This document shows, in pieces, positions 54,081 through 64,000 of a stretch of DNA of 64,000 nucleotides. A program made the position numbers and the translations under genes. How positions within the stretch are numbered: position 1 is the first letter of the stretch; the number at the start of each line of letters is the position of its first letter. The DNA is taken from positions 3,136,001-3,200,000 of the forward strand of contig OY970218.1 in the NCBI GenBank assembly GCA_963713975.1. The letters run 5' to 3'. Origin of the DNA: an uncultured Chloroflexia bacterium (GTDB taxonomy: Bacteria; Chloroflexota; Limnocylindria; Limnocylindrales; CSP1-4). The notes beneath the pieces are model-generated. The model had not been told where the DNA came from. It searched no databases and saw only the letters and a list, made by a program, of their open reading frames with translations.

Positions 54081-55324
54081 GAGCCCGAGGGCGACGCGGA
54101 TGGGGCCGTCGAGGGGGCGGCGGTCGGGATGGGCATCTGGTCCGCCGGGACGAACCAGTCGGGTCGCGAGATACCGTCGAGCCCGGCGTTGGTGGTGAGG
54201 TCCATCGGGTCCCCGACCGTCCAAGTGGGCGCGGATCCGTCAAGCTGCACCAGCCGCAGGTCGACCACCTGCCCCGACACGTGGAGGTAGGCGAGCTGGT
54301 CGCCGGCGGGCGACCAGCTGGGCGCCCAGCTGTCGCCGTCGCTGGTCACGCGGACGAGCTCGGCCCCGGTAGAGGCGTCCAGGATCACGACGTCCGTGCC
54401 GAAGGAGTTCGTCCGTGTCGCGGCCATGTACCGCCCGTCGGGCGACCAGGCGGGGTGGAGATAGCCCGGGCCGGTCACCGCACGGGTCTTCTTCGTGGCG
54501 GGCGTGTAGACGTAGATCCGCGGGGTCCCCTTGGCGCCGTCCCGGTCGGGCATGACGTAGGCGACCCTGAGGCCGTCAGGCCTCCACGCTGGATCCTGGT
54601 GCCCCAGGGGTGGTACCTGCGGCAGCCCGAGGTCCGTGATCTTGCTGTTCTTGAGGTTGAGGAGCTTCAGCGAGACGTCGCTGCGGGTGGGATCCGGCAG
54701 GTCCGAGACCATCGCGATCGTGGTCCCATCAGGCGACACCACCGGCTCCCGGATGAAGCCCATCCACTTCAGGCGACCGGCCGGATCGACGAGCCCGTCG
54801 AGGATCCTGGTGGCGTTCCCGCCCGTGACATCGATCCGCATGATCGAGGGGACGTCCATGTCGTAGTCGCGGATCGTCCCTTCCACGCTCCACGTGCCGT
54901 TGACCGGGCGCGTGCGGACAAACAGCACGCCGGAGCCGTCCTGGTCGAACGACGGCATCGAGTCACGGCCGGTGGTCGTGAGCTGGGTCGCCTTGCCGTC
55001 CGCCTGGAGCCAGATGTTGCCGTCCTTGGCATACACGAGCGTGCCCGGGACGTTGATCCCCGGCTCCTCGGTCGGCACGACGACGACCTCGGGCGGGGTC
55101 GGGGTCTTGATGACCGTCGGGTCGTCGGACGCTCCGGGGCCCGTGCCCCCATTCCCGCTGCCGGCAAGGAACGGCAGCTGGCCATTGCTGAGTGAGAGTG
55201 TCACCACGGCCACGAGCAGGAGGCCGACGATCGACAGGATCGCCGCGATCGGGGCGCCCGCCCCCGCCTTGGCGCCTGGCTCTCGTGCGGCAGGCTGGCG
55301 CGGCGGGCGCGTCGAGCGGGTCAT
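54077..55324 (-). CDS. Membrane-anchored TolB-like beta-propeller (PD40 repeats)
   Basis: N-terminal TM; repeated PAW(S/R)PDG, PSWSPAG, SPDG motifs. Confidence 0.85.
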   Translation of the reverse strand: MTRSTRPPRQPAAREPGAKAGAGAPIAAILSIVGLLLVAVVTLSLSNGQLPFLAGSGNGGTGPGASDDPTVIKTPTPPEVVVVPTEEPGINVPGTLVYAKDGNIWLQADGKATQLTTTGRDSMPSFDQDGSGVLFVRTRPVNGTWSVEGTIRDYDMDVPSIMRIDVTGGNATRILDGLVDPAGRLKWMGFIREPVVSPDGTTIAMVSDLPDPTRSDVSLKLLNLKNSKITDLGLPQVPPLGHQDPAWRPDGLRVAYVMPDRDGAKGTPRIYVYTPATKKTRAVTGPGYLHPAWSPDGRYMAATRTNSFGTDVVILDASTGAELVRVTSDGDSWAPSWSPAGDQLAYLHVSGQVVDLRLVQLDGSAPTWTVGDPMDLTTNAGLDGISRPDWFVPADQMPIPTAAPSTAPSASPSGS

Positions 55325-57198
55325 GCGATCCCTCCGGGGACTGTGGCGGCCGGGCCGGGGCCGACTGGTGCACCGGCCATGCCGGCCGCCCGGTCCAGGA
55401 CCTCCCTGGCCCGCGGGTGCGACCCGGATACGGCGACGTCGCGGACCTCGAGCTGGAGCGTCTCGAGACCGCCGAAGACACGACTGGCGAGCCTGGCGAC
55501 CACGTCCACGCGATCCCCCTCGGCCAGGACATGGGCGAGATCCGCACGGCCGAACGCGATGCCGTCGATCACATCATGCTCCCGGCGCAGCACCAGCTGG
55601 GTGTGGCCGCCGCTCGCGGCGCGGACCCGCTGCACGGTCAGGCCGAGCACGGCCACGAGTGGCTCCGGGTTCCCGGCACCGCATGGTGCGAGGCGGGCGA
55701 GATCCCGGTAGAGGGCGTAGTCCACGTATCCGGCGGGCAGGGCGAGATCGACCGCGAGCGGCGTCCTCGGATCCGGGTCACCGTCGACGGCGGCCAGCTC
55801 CAGGAAGCGCGCGGCGAACTCGTCCCAGCGCTCGGCCGGGAGCTCGAACCCGGCCGCCGCCGCGTGCCCCCCAAAGCGCACGAAGAGGTCGCCACATGCG
55901 GTCAGGGCATCTGCGAGGTCCAGCCGTCCGTTGCCACGACAGGACGCTCGGATCACGTCGCCGATGCGGGTGCCCACCACCGCGGGGCGGCCCGTCTCGT
56001 CGGCCAGGCGCCCCGCCACGAGCCCGATGATGCCAACCGGCCAGGGGCCGTGGATCAGGAGGGCCGGTTCGTCTGCGCCCCCGCCGACAACGACAGACGC
56101 TGCATCGGCGCGCCGGTCCGGCACGAGCGGCTGCTGCCCCGGAACCGCAGCAGGGTCCGGGAGTCCCAGCGCCTCGCGTGCCTCCGTGATCGCGGTGCGC
56201 ATCAGGTCACGACGGGTCGTATTGGCCGCCTCCAGCGTTGCCGCGAGCCCCGCGGCCTCCTCCCGGGTCTCGGCGAGCAGCAGGCGCGCGGCGTCGAGCG
56301 CCTCCCCCACCCGGCCGGCCGCGTTGAGGCGCGGGGCGATGACGAAGCCCACGGTCTCGAGGTCCACGGACGCGGGGGCCACGCGGGCGCGCTCCAGCAG
56401 CGCCGCGATCCCGGGTCGTGGCGTCGTCCGCATCCGGTCCAGGCCGAGGCGTGCGATCGCCCGGTTCTCGCCCACGATCGGCACGACGTCCGACACCGTC
56501 CCGATGGTCGCCAGCTCCGCGAGGTCAAGTGCGTCGGCTTCGGAAGCCGCCAGCTCGCCCAGCAGCAGGCGTGCGACGGCGAACGCGACGCCACTGCCCG
56601 AGAGCCCTGGGAACGGGTAGGTGGAATCGGCCCGGTGCGGGTTGACGATCGCGACCGCCGCCGGCAGCACGTCCGGCAGGTGGTGATGGTCCGTGATCAC
56701 CACGTCGATCCCGCGCGCCCCGGCCGCCGCGATCTCCGCGACGCTGGTCGAACCCGTGTCCACGGTGATGATCAGGCTCATCCCCGCATCGGCAGCGACG
56801 TCCACCGCGGCGAGCGAGAGACCGTGCCCCTCCTCCAGCCGGGACGGGACATAGGGCGTCACGTCGATCCCCAGGCGTCGCAGCGCCAGGACCAGCTGGG
56901 CGAGACCGGTCAGTCCGTCCGCGTCGAAGTCCCCGAAGACCATGACCCGCTCGGATCGATCGCGCGCACGCCCCACGCGCGCTACCAGCAGCGCCGCGTC
57001 CGGGAGCGACCGAGGGTCATGGAGGCCCGCGATGGCCGGGCCGAGGAAGGCAGCCAGGGCCGTCCGGTCCGTGATGCCGCGACGGGCCATGACGGTCGCC
57101 GCAACCGTGCCGATGCCCTCGTCTCGCGCCGCGGCACGCAGGTCAGGATCGAGCCGGTACGGCTCCGGGAAGACCCAGCGGTGACGTGCGTCGATCAT
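55321..57198 (-). CDS. recJ: Single-stranded DNA exonuclease RecJ
   Basis: GDFDADG, TVDTG, TDHH, GTVSD, PRLNAAGR, GGHAAAAG, PCGAGNPEP. Confidence 0.95.
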   Translation of the reverse strand: MIDARHRWVFPEPYRLDPDLRAAARDEGIGTVAATVMARRGITDRTALAAFLGPAIAGLHDPRSLPDAALLVARVGRARDRSERVMVFGDFDADGLTGLAQLVLALRRLGIDVTPYVPSRLEEGHGLSLAAVDVAADAGMSLIITVDTGSTSVAEIAAAGARGIDVVITDHHHLPDVLPAAVAIVNPHRADSTYPFPGLSGSGVAFAVARLLLGELAASEADALDLAELATIGTVSDVVPIVGENRAIARLGLDRMRTTPRPGIAALLERARVAPASVDLETVGFVIAPRLNAAGRVGEALDAARLLLAETREEAAGLAATLEAANTTRRDLMRTAITEAREALGLPDPAAVPGQQPLVPDRRADAASVVVGGGADEPALLIHGPWPVGIIGLVAGRLADETGRPAVVGTRIGDVIRASCRGNGRLDLADALTACGDLFVRFGGHAAAAGFELPAERWDEFAARFLELAAVDGDPDPRTPLAVDLALPAGYVDYALYRDLARLAPCGAGNPEPLVAVLGLTVQRVRAASGGHTQLVLRREHDVIDGIAFGRADLAHVLAEGDRVDVVARLASRVFGGLETLQLEVRDVAVSGSHPRAREVLDRAAGMAGAPVGPGPAATVPGGIA

Positions 57199-57310
57199 CG
57201 CGAGGAGGATGCCACGAACCGCTTATCCGGGCCTTGACTCGAGGTCGGGTCACCGGCGGCCGGACGTCGGAGTGAGGAGCGCGGGCCCCGGTCTCGGCCG
57301 GGCCCCGGGA

Positions 57311-58493
57311 TCACGTGGTCGCGCGGCGGCCCGGTTGAGCCGCGGCCGCGCGCAGGCGCCGCTTGTCTTCCCACTGGTGCCAGACGACGAGCAGCGGGCT
57401 CGCGTTGAAGATCGAGGAGTACGTCCCGGACACGATCCCGAGCAGGAGGGCGAGGACGAAGGTGCCGATCGCGTCGCCCGCGAACAGCAGCAGCGAGAGC
57501 AGCGCGATCACGACCGTCAGGCTGGTGGTGATCGACCGCCCGAAGGTCTGCAGGATCGAGTGGTTCACGATCCGGTCGAACGGCTCGCCCGCATGCCGCG
57601 CCTTGTTCTCGCGGATCCGGTCGTACACGACGATCGTGTCGTGGACGGAGAAGCCGATCACGGTAAGCATCGCCGTGACGAACAGGCCGTCGATCAGCAT
57701 CCCGGTGAAGGTGCCCAGGATCGCGAAGGCGCCCACGACGACGAGGACGTCATGCACCAGGGCCACCAGCGCGGTCACGCCCATCTTGAAGTCGCGGAAG
57801 CGGTAGGTGATCCAGAGCAGGATCCCGATCGAGCCGAACAGGATCAGGGTCAGGGCCTGGGTGATGAGGTCGCTGGACACGACCGCGCCCACGGTGGACA
57901 GCGACTGCTGCTCCGCGATCGGGCCCAGGTCCGCCTCGAGGGCGACGCGGACCTCGCCGAGCTGGCCCTGCGACGGAAGGTCGCCACCGGTGCCGGCGAC
58001 GGGTGCTCCGCTTGCACCGGGCGATGCCGACGGCTCGGCGGACGCCGACGGGTCCGGGCTGGCGGCCGAGGACGGCGATGGTGCGGCAGATGCCGACGGG
58101 GCCGCGGACGCTGACGGTGCGGCAGACGAGCCCGCCGCGGCCGAGGCGCCGGGCGAGCTCGACGCGGCCGCGGATGGCGCCACGCTGGGGGCGGGCGTTG
58201 CCGGGGCGGCAGGCGCCGCGAGCGCGGCCTCCTTGGTGCGGATCTCGATGAATCCCTCGCCGGTCTTGGTGACGCTGGTCTCGTAGCCCAGGTCCTCGAC
58301 GACCGCCTTGACCTGCTGGGCCGTGACCTCCGGGTCCTCGAACCGGACCGTCCAGACCGTGCCCCCGGTGAAGTCGATCGCGAACTGGAGGCCGACCTTG
58401 CCCCCGGTGACGGGGCCCAGGAGCAGGAAGACGAGGCCCGGGATCGTCATGAGCAGGGAGAACGCGAAGAACCAGTTGCGCTTCCCGATGACG

Positions 58494-58501
<8 letters not shown>
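57311..58501 (-). CDS. secF: Protein translocase subunit SecF
   Basis: IDFTGG, VHDV, IGFSVHDTIVVYDRIREN, GTYSSIF; GGAGAGG RBS before GTG 58501. Confidence 0.96.
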
Positions 58502-59849
<1,348 letters not shown>

Positions 59850-59949
59850 CGGGGCGGGATGATACAGGGGACCGCCGATCCGCGCGCCGTCGATCGGCGG
59901 CCGGCGCCGGCAGCGACCTCAGCGAGGCGGTCGCACGACCTGCGCGCCG

Positions 59950-61806
59950 TCAGCCCTCGAGATGGGCCTTGATCCGCTCGGCCAGGGCCGGCCCGATCCC
60001 CGGCACCGCCGCGATCTGCTCGACCGGTGCCTCGCGAACCCGCTTTGCCGAGCCGAACACCTTGAGCAGCTCGCGCCGGCGCTTGGGCCCGACGCCGGGC
60101 AGGTCGTCGAAGGCCGACTTGACGGCCTTGCGGTTGCGCAGGCTCCGGTGATAGGTGATCGCGAACCGATGGGCCTCGTCGCGGAGCCGCTGAACCAGAT
60201 ACAGGGCCTGCGAGGTGACCGGCAGCAGCACGGGAGCCTCCCGGTTCGGCAGGATCAGCTCCTCGCGCTCCTTCGCCAGGCCAGCGAGCGGCAGGTCGCC
60301 GAGTCCAAGCTCCTCGAGGACCTCGCTGGCCGCGCTCACCTGGCCCCTTCCCCCGTCGATGATGACGAGGTCGGGCATCGCCCAGCGGCGCTCCTCCTCG
60401 ATCCCCTCCTCGCCGGACTTGGCCCGACGGAAGCGGCGCCGGAGGACCTCCTGGTGGCTCGCGAAGTCGTTCGAGCCCTGGACGGTCCTGATCTGGAACC
60501 GCCGGTACTCCCCCGTCCGCGGCCGGCCCTCCTCGAACACGACCATGCTGCCGGTGGTCTGCGCCCCCTGGAAGGTCGAGATGTCGTAGCACTCGATGCG
60601 CATCGGCGGCCCGGGGAGCCCGAGGGCGATCGCCAGCTCCTGCAGCGCGCCAAGCGTGCGGCCCTCGTCCGCGAGCCAGCGGGCGGCCTCCCGGGCCAGC
60701 GCCTCGGCGGCGTTGCGGGCCGCCAGGTCCATGAGCTCCCGCTTCTCGCCCCGCAGCGGCGTACGGAGCCGCACGATCGTCCCCCGCTTGGCCGTCAGGA
60801 AGGCCTCCAGGTCGGCCGTGTCGGCGAGCGCTCGGGGCACGAGCACCTCCCTGGGCACGCTCGTGGCCCGAGCGTAGTACTGCTCCAGGAAGCTGGCGAG
60901 CACCTCGTCGTCCGGGACGTCGCGAGGAGCGTCCATGAAGAACACGTCCCGGCCCAGCATCTTCCCGTTGCGCACGACGAACAGCTGGACCCCGGCCTGG
61001 TCGTCCTTGCGGGCCATCGCCACGAGGTCCAGCTCCGTGCGGGCGAAGGCCTCCATCTTCTGGCTCTCCATCGTCCGCTCGATGGACCGGATCTTGTCGC
61101 GGACCACGCCCGCCTTCTCGTACTGCTGCGCCTCGGAGGCGACGTGCATCTCGTGGCGCAGGCCCTCGAGGACGGTGTCGGCGTTGCCCTCCAGGAACAG
61201 CTCCACCTGGGAGATGTCGCGGCGATAGGCCGTCCTGCCGATCGCCTCGATGCACGGGCCCTGGCAGCGCTTGATGTGGTACAGGAGGCAGGGGCGTGAC
61301 AGCGCCCGCTGTCCCTCCCGGATGTCGATGGTGCAGGTCCGGAACGGGAACAGGCGCCGGACCAGGTTCATCGCCTCGTCCACGGAGCTGGCGGACGCGT
61401 ACGGGCCGAAGTAGCGCGAGCCATCGGCGGGCAGCTTGCGGGTGCGCTCGACCCGCGGGAAGTCGTCCCCGAGCGTGATCTTGATGTAGGGGTAGCTCTT
61501 GTCGTCCTTGAGCCGGATGTTGAACCGCGGCCTGAACCGCTTGATCAGGTTCGCCTCGAGCAGCAGCGCCTCGGACACCGAGTCGACCTCGGTCACCTCC
61601 AGGTCCACCACGCGGTCGATGACCTGCCGGATCCGGTGGATCTCGCCGCGGGCCGGCGCGGCCTGCTTCTGCCAGTAGCTCCGCACGCGGCTGCGCAGGC
61701 TCTGCGCCTTGCCCACATACAGCACCTCGCCACGCGCGTCCTTCATCAGGTACACGCCGGGACGGTCGGGCAGGGTGGCCAGGGTGGCCTTGAGCTCGGG
61801 GGTCAC
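59950..61806 (-). CDS. uvrC: Excinuclease ABC subunit C
   Basis: PGVYLM..YVGKA (GIY-YIG), RIECYDIS, IDGGRGQ, RDEAHRFA, HhH. Confidence 0.98.
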   Translation of the reverse strand: MTPELKATLATLPDRPGVYLMKDARGEVLYVGKAQSLRSRVRSYWQKQAAPARGEIHRIRQVIDRVVDLEVTEVDSVSEALLLEANLIKRFRPRFNIRLKDDKSYPYIKITLGDDFPRVERTRKLPADGSRYFGPYASASSVDEAMNLVRRLFPFRTCTIDIREGQRALSRPCLLYHIKRCQGPCIEAIGRTAYRRDISQVELFLEGNADTVLEGLRHEMHVASEAQQYEKAGVVRDKIRSIERTMESQKMEAFARTELDLVAMARKDDQAGVQLFVVRNGKMLGRDVFFMDAPRDVPDDEVLASFLEQYYARATSVPREVLVPRALADTADLEAFLTAKRGTIVRLRTPLRGEKRELMDLAARNAAEALAREAARWLADEGRTLGALQELAIALGLPGPPMRIECYDISTFQGAQTTGSMVVFEEGRPRTGEYRRFQIRTVQGSNDFASHQEVLRRRFRRAKSGEEGIEEERRWAMPDLVIIDGGRGQVSAASEVLEELGLGDLPLAGLAKEREELILPNREAPVLLPVTSQALYLVQRLRDEAHRFAITYHRSLRNRKAVKSAFDDLPGVGPKRRRELLKVFGSAKRVREAPVEQIAAVPGIGPALAERIKAHLEG

Positions 61807-61908
61807 GCACCGATTGTGCGGCACGCACGGTGGAGGCGCCCACGCCACCCGGGCGCCGGGGCCGGTCAAGCAGCCGGGGCGCCGACGGTGTGGGCGTCGT
61901 CGCTGGAC

Positions 61909-61945
61909 GACGAGGGCCCGCCGGGCAAGCCGGCGGGCCCTCGTC
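61909..61945. terminator. Long GC-rich hairpin downstream of the nucleotidase gene
   Basis: gacgagggcccgccgg-gcaag-ccggcgggccctcgtc, 16-bp perfect stem, no U-tract. Confidence 0.6.
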
Positions 61946-61994
61946 CCTGTGGGGCGGGCCGATCCCTTGCGGGAGGCGGCATCGCCAGCTGCGC

Positions 61995-64000
61995 CTAGTT
62001 GAAGATCAGGCGCCCCTCGATCGCGGGCGACACGGTCCCCTGGTTGGTGATGTAGTCGATCACCGCATCCCGAACGTAGAACTGGGTGTCGTGAACGATC
62101 TTGTCCAGCGGCCAGAGGCTCACGCCGCCGTCGTTGAAGTTGCACGACCCGGCGGCGAGGTAGTTGACGGTGGAGACGTTGTAGAACGTCGACGCGTCCG
62201 AGAAGTCGACCGGCGTCCCGCTGATCGTCAGCGAGACGACGTTGTTCCCATTCGGGAGGCCGGCGTTCGTGCCGTCGTAGGCGTCGTCGTAGGTGATCTG
62301 CCCGACCGAGTTGGTGTCGATCATGCAGGTCGTGTAGTACGAGTACCCGCCGTAGCCGGGAACGTACTTGTAGTAGTAGTAGTTGCGGTAGGCGCGTTCG
62401 AGGACGGCCTTGATCTGCGGCCCGTTCATGCTCATCACGACGAGCGAGTTCTCATAGGGCATCGCCGCGAACATGTCCGACACCTTGAGGGTGACGGGGC
62501 TTGCCGGCGTCGCGCCGGTGGCGACGAACTTGTTGGTCATCGCGCCGGACAGATGGACGTCCACGTCGGTGATGCCGTTCTTGGCCAGCTCGTAGACGGA
62601 CGCATCCGCCTGGAGGTTGGCCCCGTTCGTCTCCTCGGTGAACGCCTTGAGCGTGTCGATCGGGGCGGTCGTCTGGCCGACGACCTTGTCGTAGTAGGTC
62701 GAGAGCTGCGCGACGTACGGATCCACGATCGCCTTGATCGCGGGATCCTCGGGCGTGGAGCTCGTCACGGCGAGGTACTGGCCGGCGCTGGACACGGTGC
62801 GGCTCATCGCCTTGTTGGCGATCATCCAGTTCGCGTCCGCGATCAGCGCGCTGGCGGCGGAATTGCTGATGTGCCTCCCGGTCTGTGCCCTCACCTCCCA
62901 GATGAACGCCTTGAGCTGGAGGAGTGCCGTCGACGTCTTGCCCGCCCAGAAACTCTTCTCGACGGCGGACAGCTTGGCCAGCAGCGAGTTCCTGACTCCC
63001 TTGCTGTCGATCGCCCTGGTGGCATAGAACGCCTCCACGTCGGCGACCGTCATCTGCATCTTGGGGAGCACTCCAAGGATGACCTCGCCGAGGTAGTTGT
63101 TGTAGCGGTACGCCTGGGTCACGAGAACCGGGGCGTTGTCCGGCCCGCCAACGACGGTGGGCAGGAACTTGTAGTCCCCGGAATAGGCGGTCTGCTTCGA
63201 CGGGTCGGTGTGGCTGTGGCCGCCGATGATGGCGTCCACGCCCGGCACCTGGGCCGCGAAGTTGGTGTCGACGTTCGTGTCCACCTCGACGCTGGACGGG
63301 TTCTCGGTGAACCCGATGTGCGTGAGGGCAACGACGACGTCACCCTGGGCCGCCAGCGTCGGCGCGTACTTCTTGCCGGCCGCGATGGGATCGCTGAACG
63401 TCAACCCCTGGATGTTGCTCGGGAGCTCGTAGTTCGGGACCCGGTGGTTGGTGATCCCGAGGACCGCCACCTTGATCCCGCCGAGGTTGATCTCCACGTA
63501 GGGATTGACGCCCTCGCCCCCGTTGGCCGCAGACAGGCCGTACGACACCACCTTCGGCGGACAGGGCTTGGGCTTGCGATGATGGCCGTACCACTGCCAG
63601 TGGTCGTGACACGGTGCCGCTGTCGTGTCGGACACGTTCGCTCCGAGCACGGCGAAGTCGGCCTGCCCGAGCACCCCCTGGAAGACGTCGCCGCCGTAGT
63701 TGAACTCATGGTTCCCGAGCGTCATCGCGTCGTAGCCGAGCGCGTTCATGACGGCCATCATCGGGTTCGTCTCGAGGCTCGCGGGCAGCGGCGTGCCATC
63801 GCTGGCCGCGCCGGTGGATGACGTCTTGAAGTAGTACATCATCGCGTCGCCCTGGATCTGGTCGCCGGCATTGAGCAGCAGCGTCCGACCCGGGTTATGC
63901 AACTCTTCCTGCTTGATCAGGGTCGCGAGCTGCGTGTAGCCCACGTACGTGCCCTTGGCCAGGTTGCCGTGGGAGTCGTTGTTGTGGAGCACGGTGATCG
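61995..64000 (-). CDS. Metallophosphoesterase/5'-nucleotidase (5' end outside window)
   Basis: HNNDSHG, AGD..QG, LGNHEF, GGHSH; C-terminal 5'-nucleotidase domain (MPYEN, NYLAAG, EGR). Confidence 0.93.
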   Translation of the reverse strand, partial: ITVLHNNDSHGNLAKGTYVGYTQLATLIKQEELHNPGRTLLLNAGDQIQGDAMMYYFKTSSTGAASDGTPLPASLETNPMMAVMNALGYDAMTLGNHEFNYGGDVFQGVLGQADFAVLGANVSDTTAAPCHDHWQWYGHHRKPKPCPPKVVSYGLSAANGGEGVNPYVEINLGGIKVAVLGITNHRVPNYELPSNIQGLTFSDPIAAGKKYAPTLAAQGDVVVALTHIGFTENPSSVEVDTNVDTNFAAQVPGVDAIIGGHSHTDPSKQTAYSGDYKFLPTVVGGPDNAPVLVTQAYRYNNYLGEVILGVLPKMQMTVADVEAFYATRAIDSKGVRNSLLAKLSAVEKSFWAGKTSTALLQLKAFIWEVRAQTGRHISNSAASALIADANWMIANKAMSRTVSSAGQYLAVTSSTPEDPAIKAIVDPYVAQLSTYYDKVVGQTTAPIDTLKAFTEETNGANLQADASVYELAKNGITDVDVHLSGAMTNKFVATGATPASPVTLKVSDMFAAMPYENSLVVMSMNGPQIKAVLERAYRNYYYYKYVPGYGGYSYYTTCMIDTNSVGQITYDDAYDGTNAGLPNGNNVVSLTISGTPVDFSDASTFYNVSTVNYLAAGSCNFNDGGVSLWPLDKIVHDTQFYVRDAVIDYITNQGTVSPAIEGRLIFN

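Overview
High-GC bacterial chromosomal segment. Gene content, gene order and the IleRS type suggest Chloroflexota, possibly Ca. Limnocylindria-like (inference). Most of it is minus-strand housekeeping DNA: smc-rnc-acpP-nusB-plsX-rpmF-coaD-rsmD-recG-fakA, rpmB, dtd-rpe-rlmN-fmt-def-priA-gmk-rluD-lspA-ileS, an LCP gene, ilvE, transporters, rpsF-ssb-rpsR, htpX-lemA, secG-gpmI-tpiA-whiA-yvcK-rapZ-tatC-tatA-pyrF-recJ-secF-secD-uvrC and a 5'-nucleotidase. It also has 8 tRNA genes and an IS481 element abutting tRNA-Val. The most unusual part is the accessory patch between tRNA-Leu(TAA) and tRNA-Cys (~34.6-40.3 kb). There, four unrelated single genes (a tiny membrane protein, two lipoproteins and a PD-(D/E)XK nuclease) are separated by degenerate direct repeats at ~37186, 37826, 38456 and 40101. 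On the + strand the repeats read as 5' fragments of an AlpA/excisionase-like HTH gene. On the - strand three of them supply a CTCAC motif at fixed spacing from a -10 hexamer upstream of the adjacent gene. This looks like an integron-like cassette array with non-attC sites and no integrase in the window. All calls are by eye; no database searches were run.
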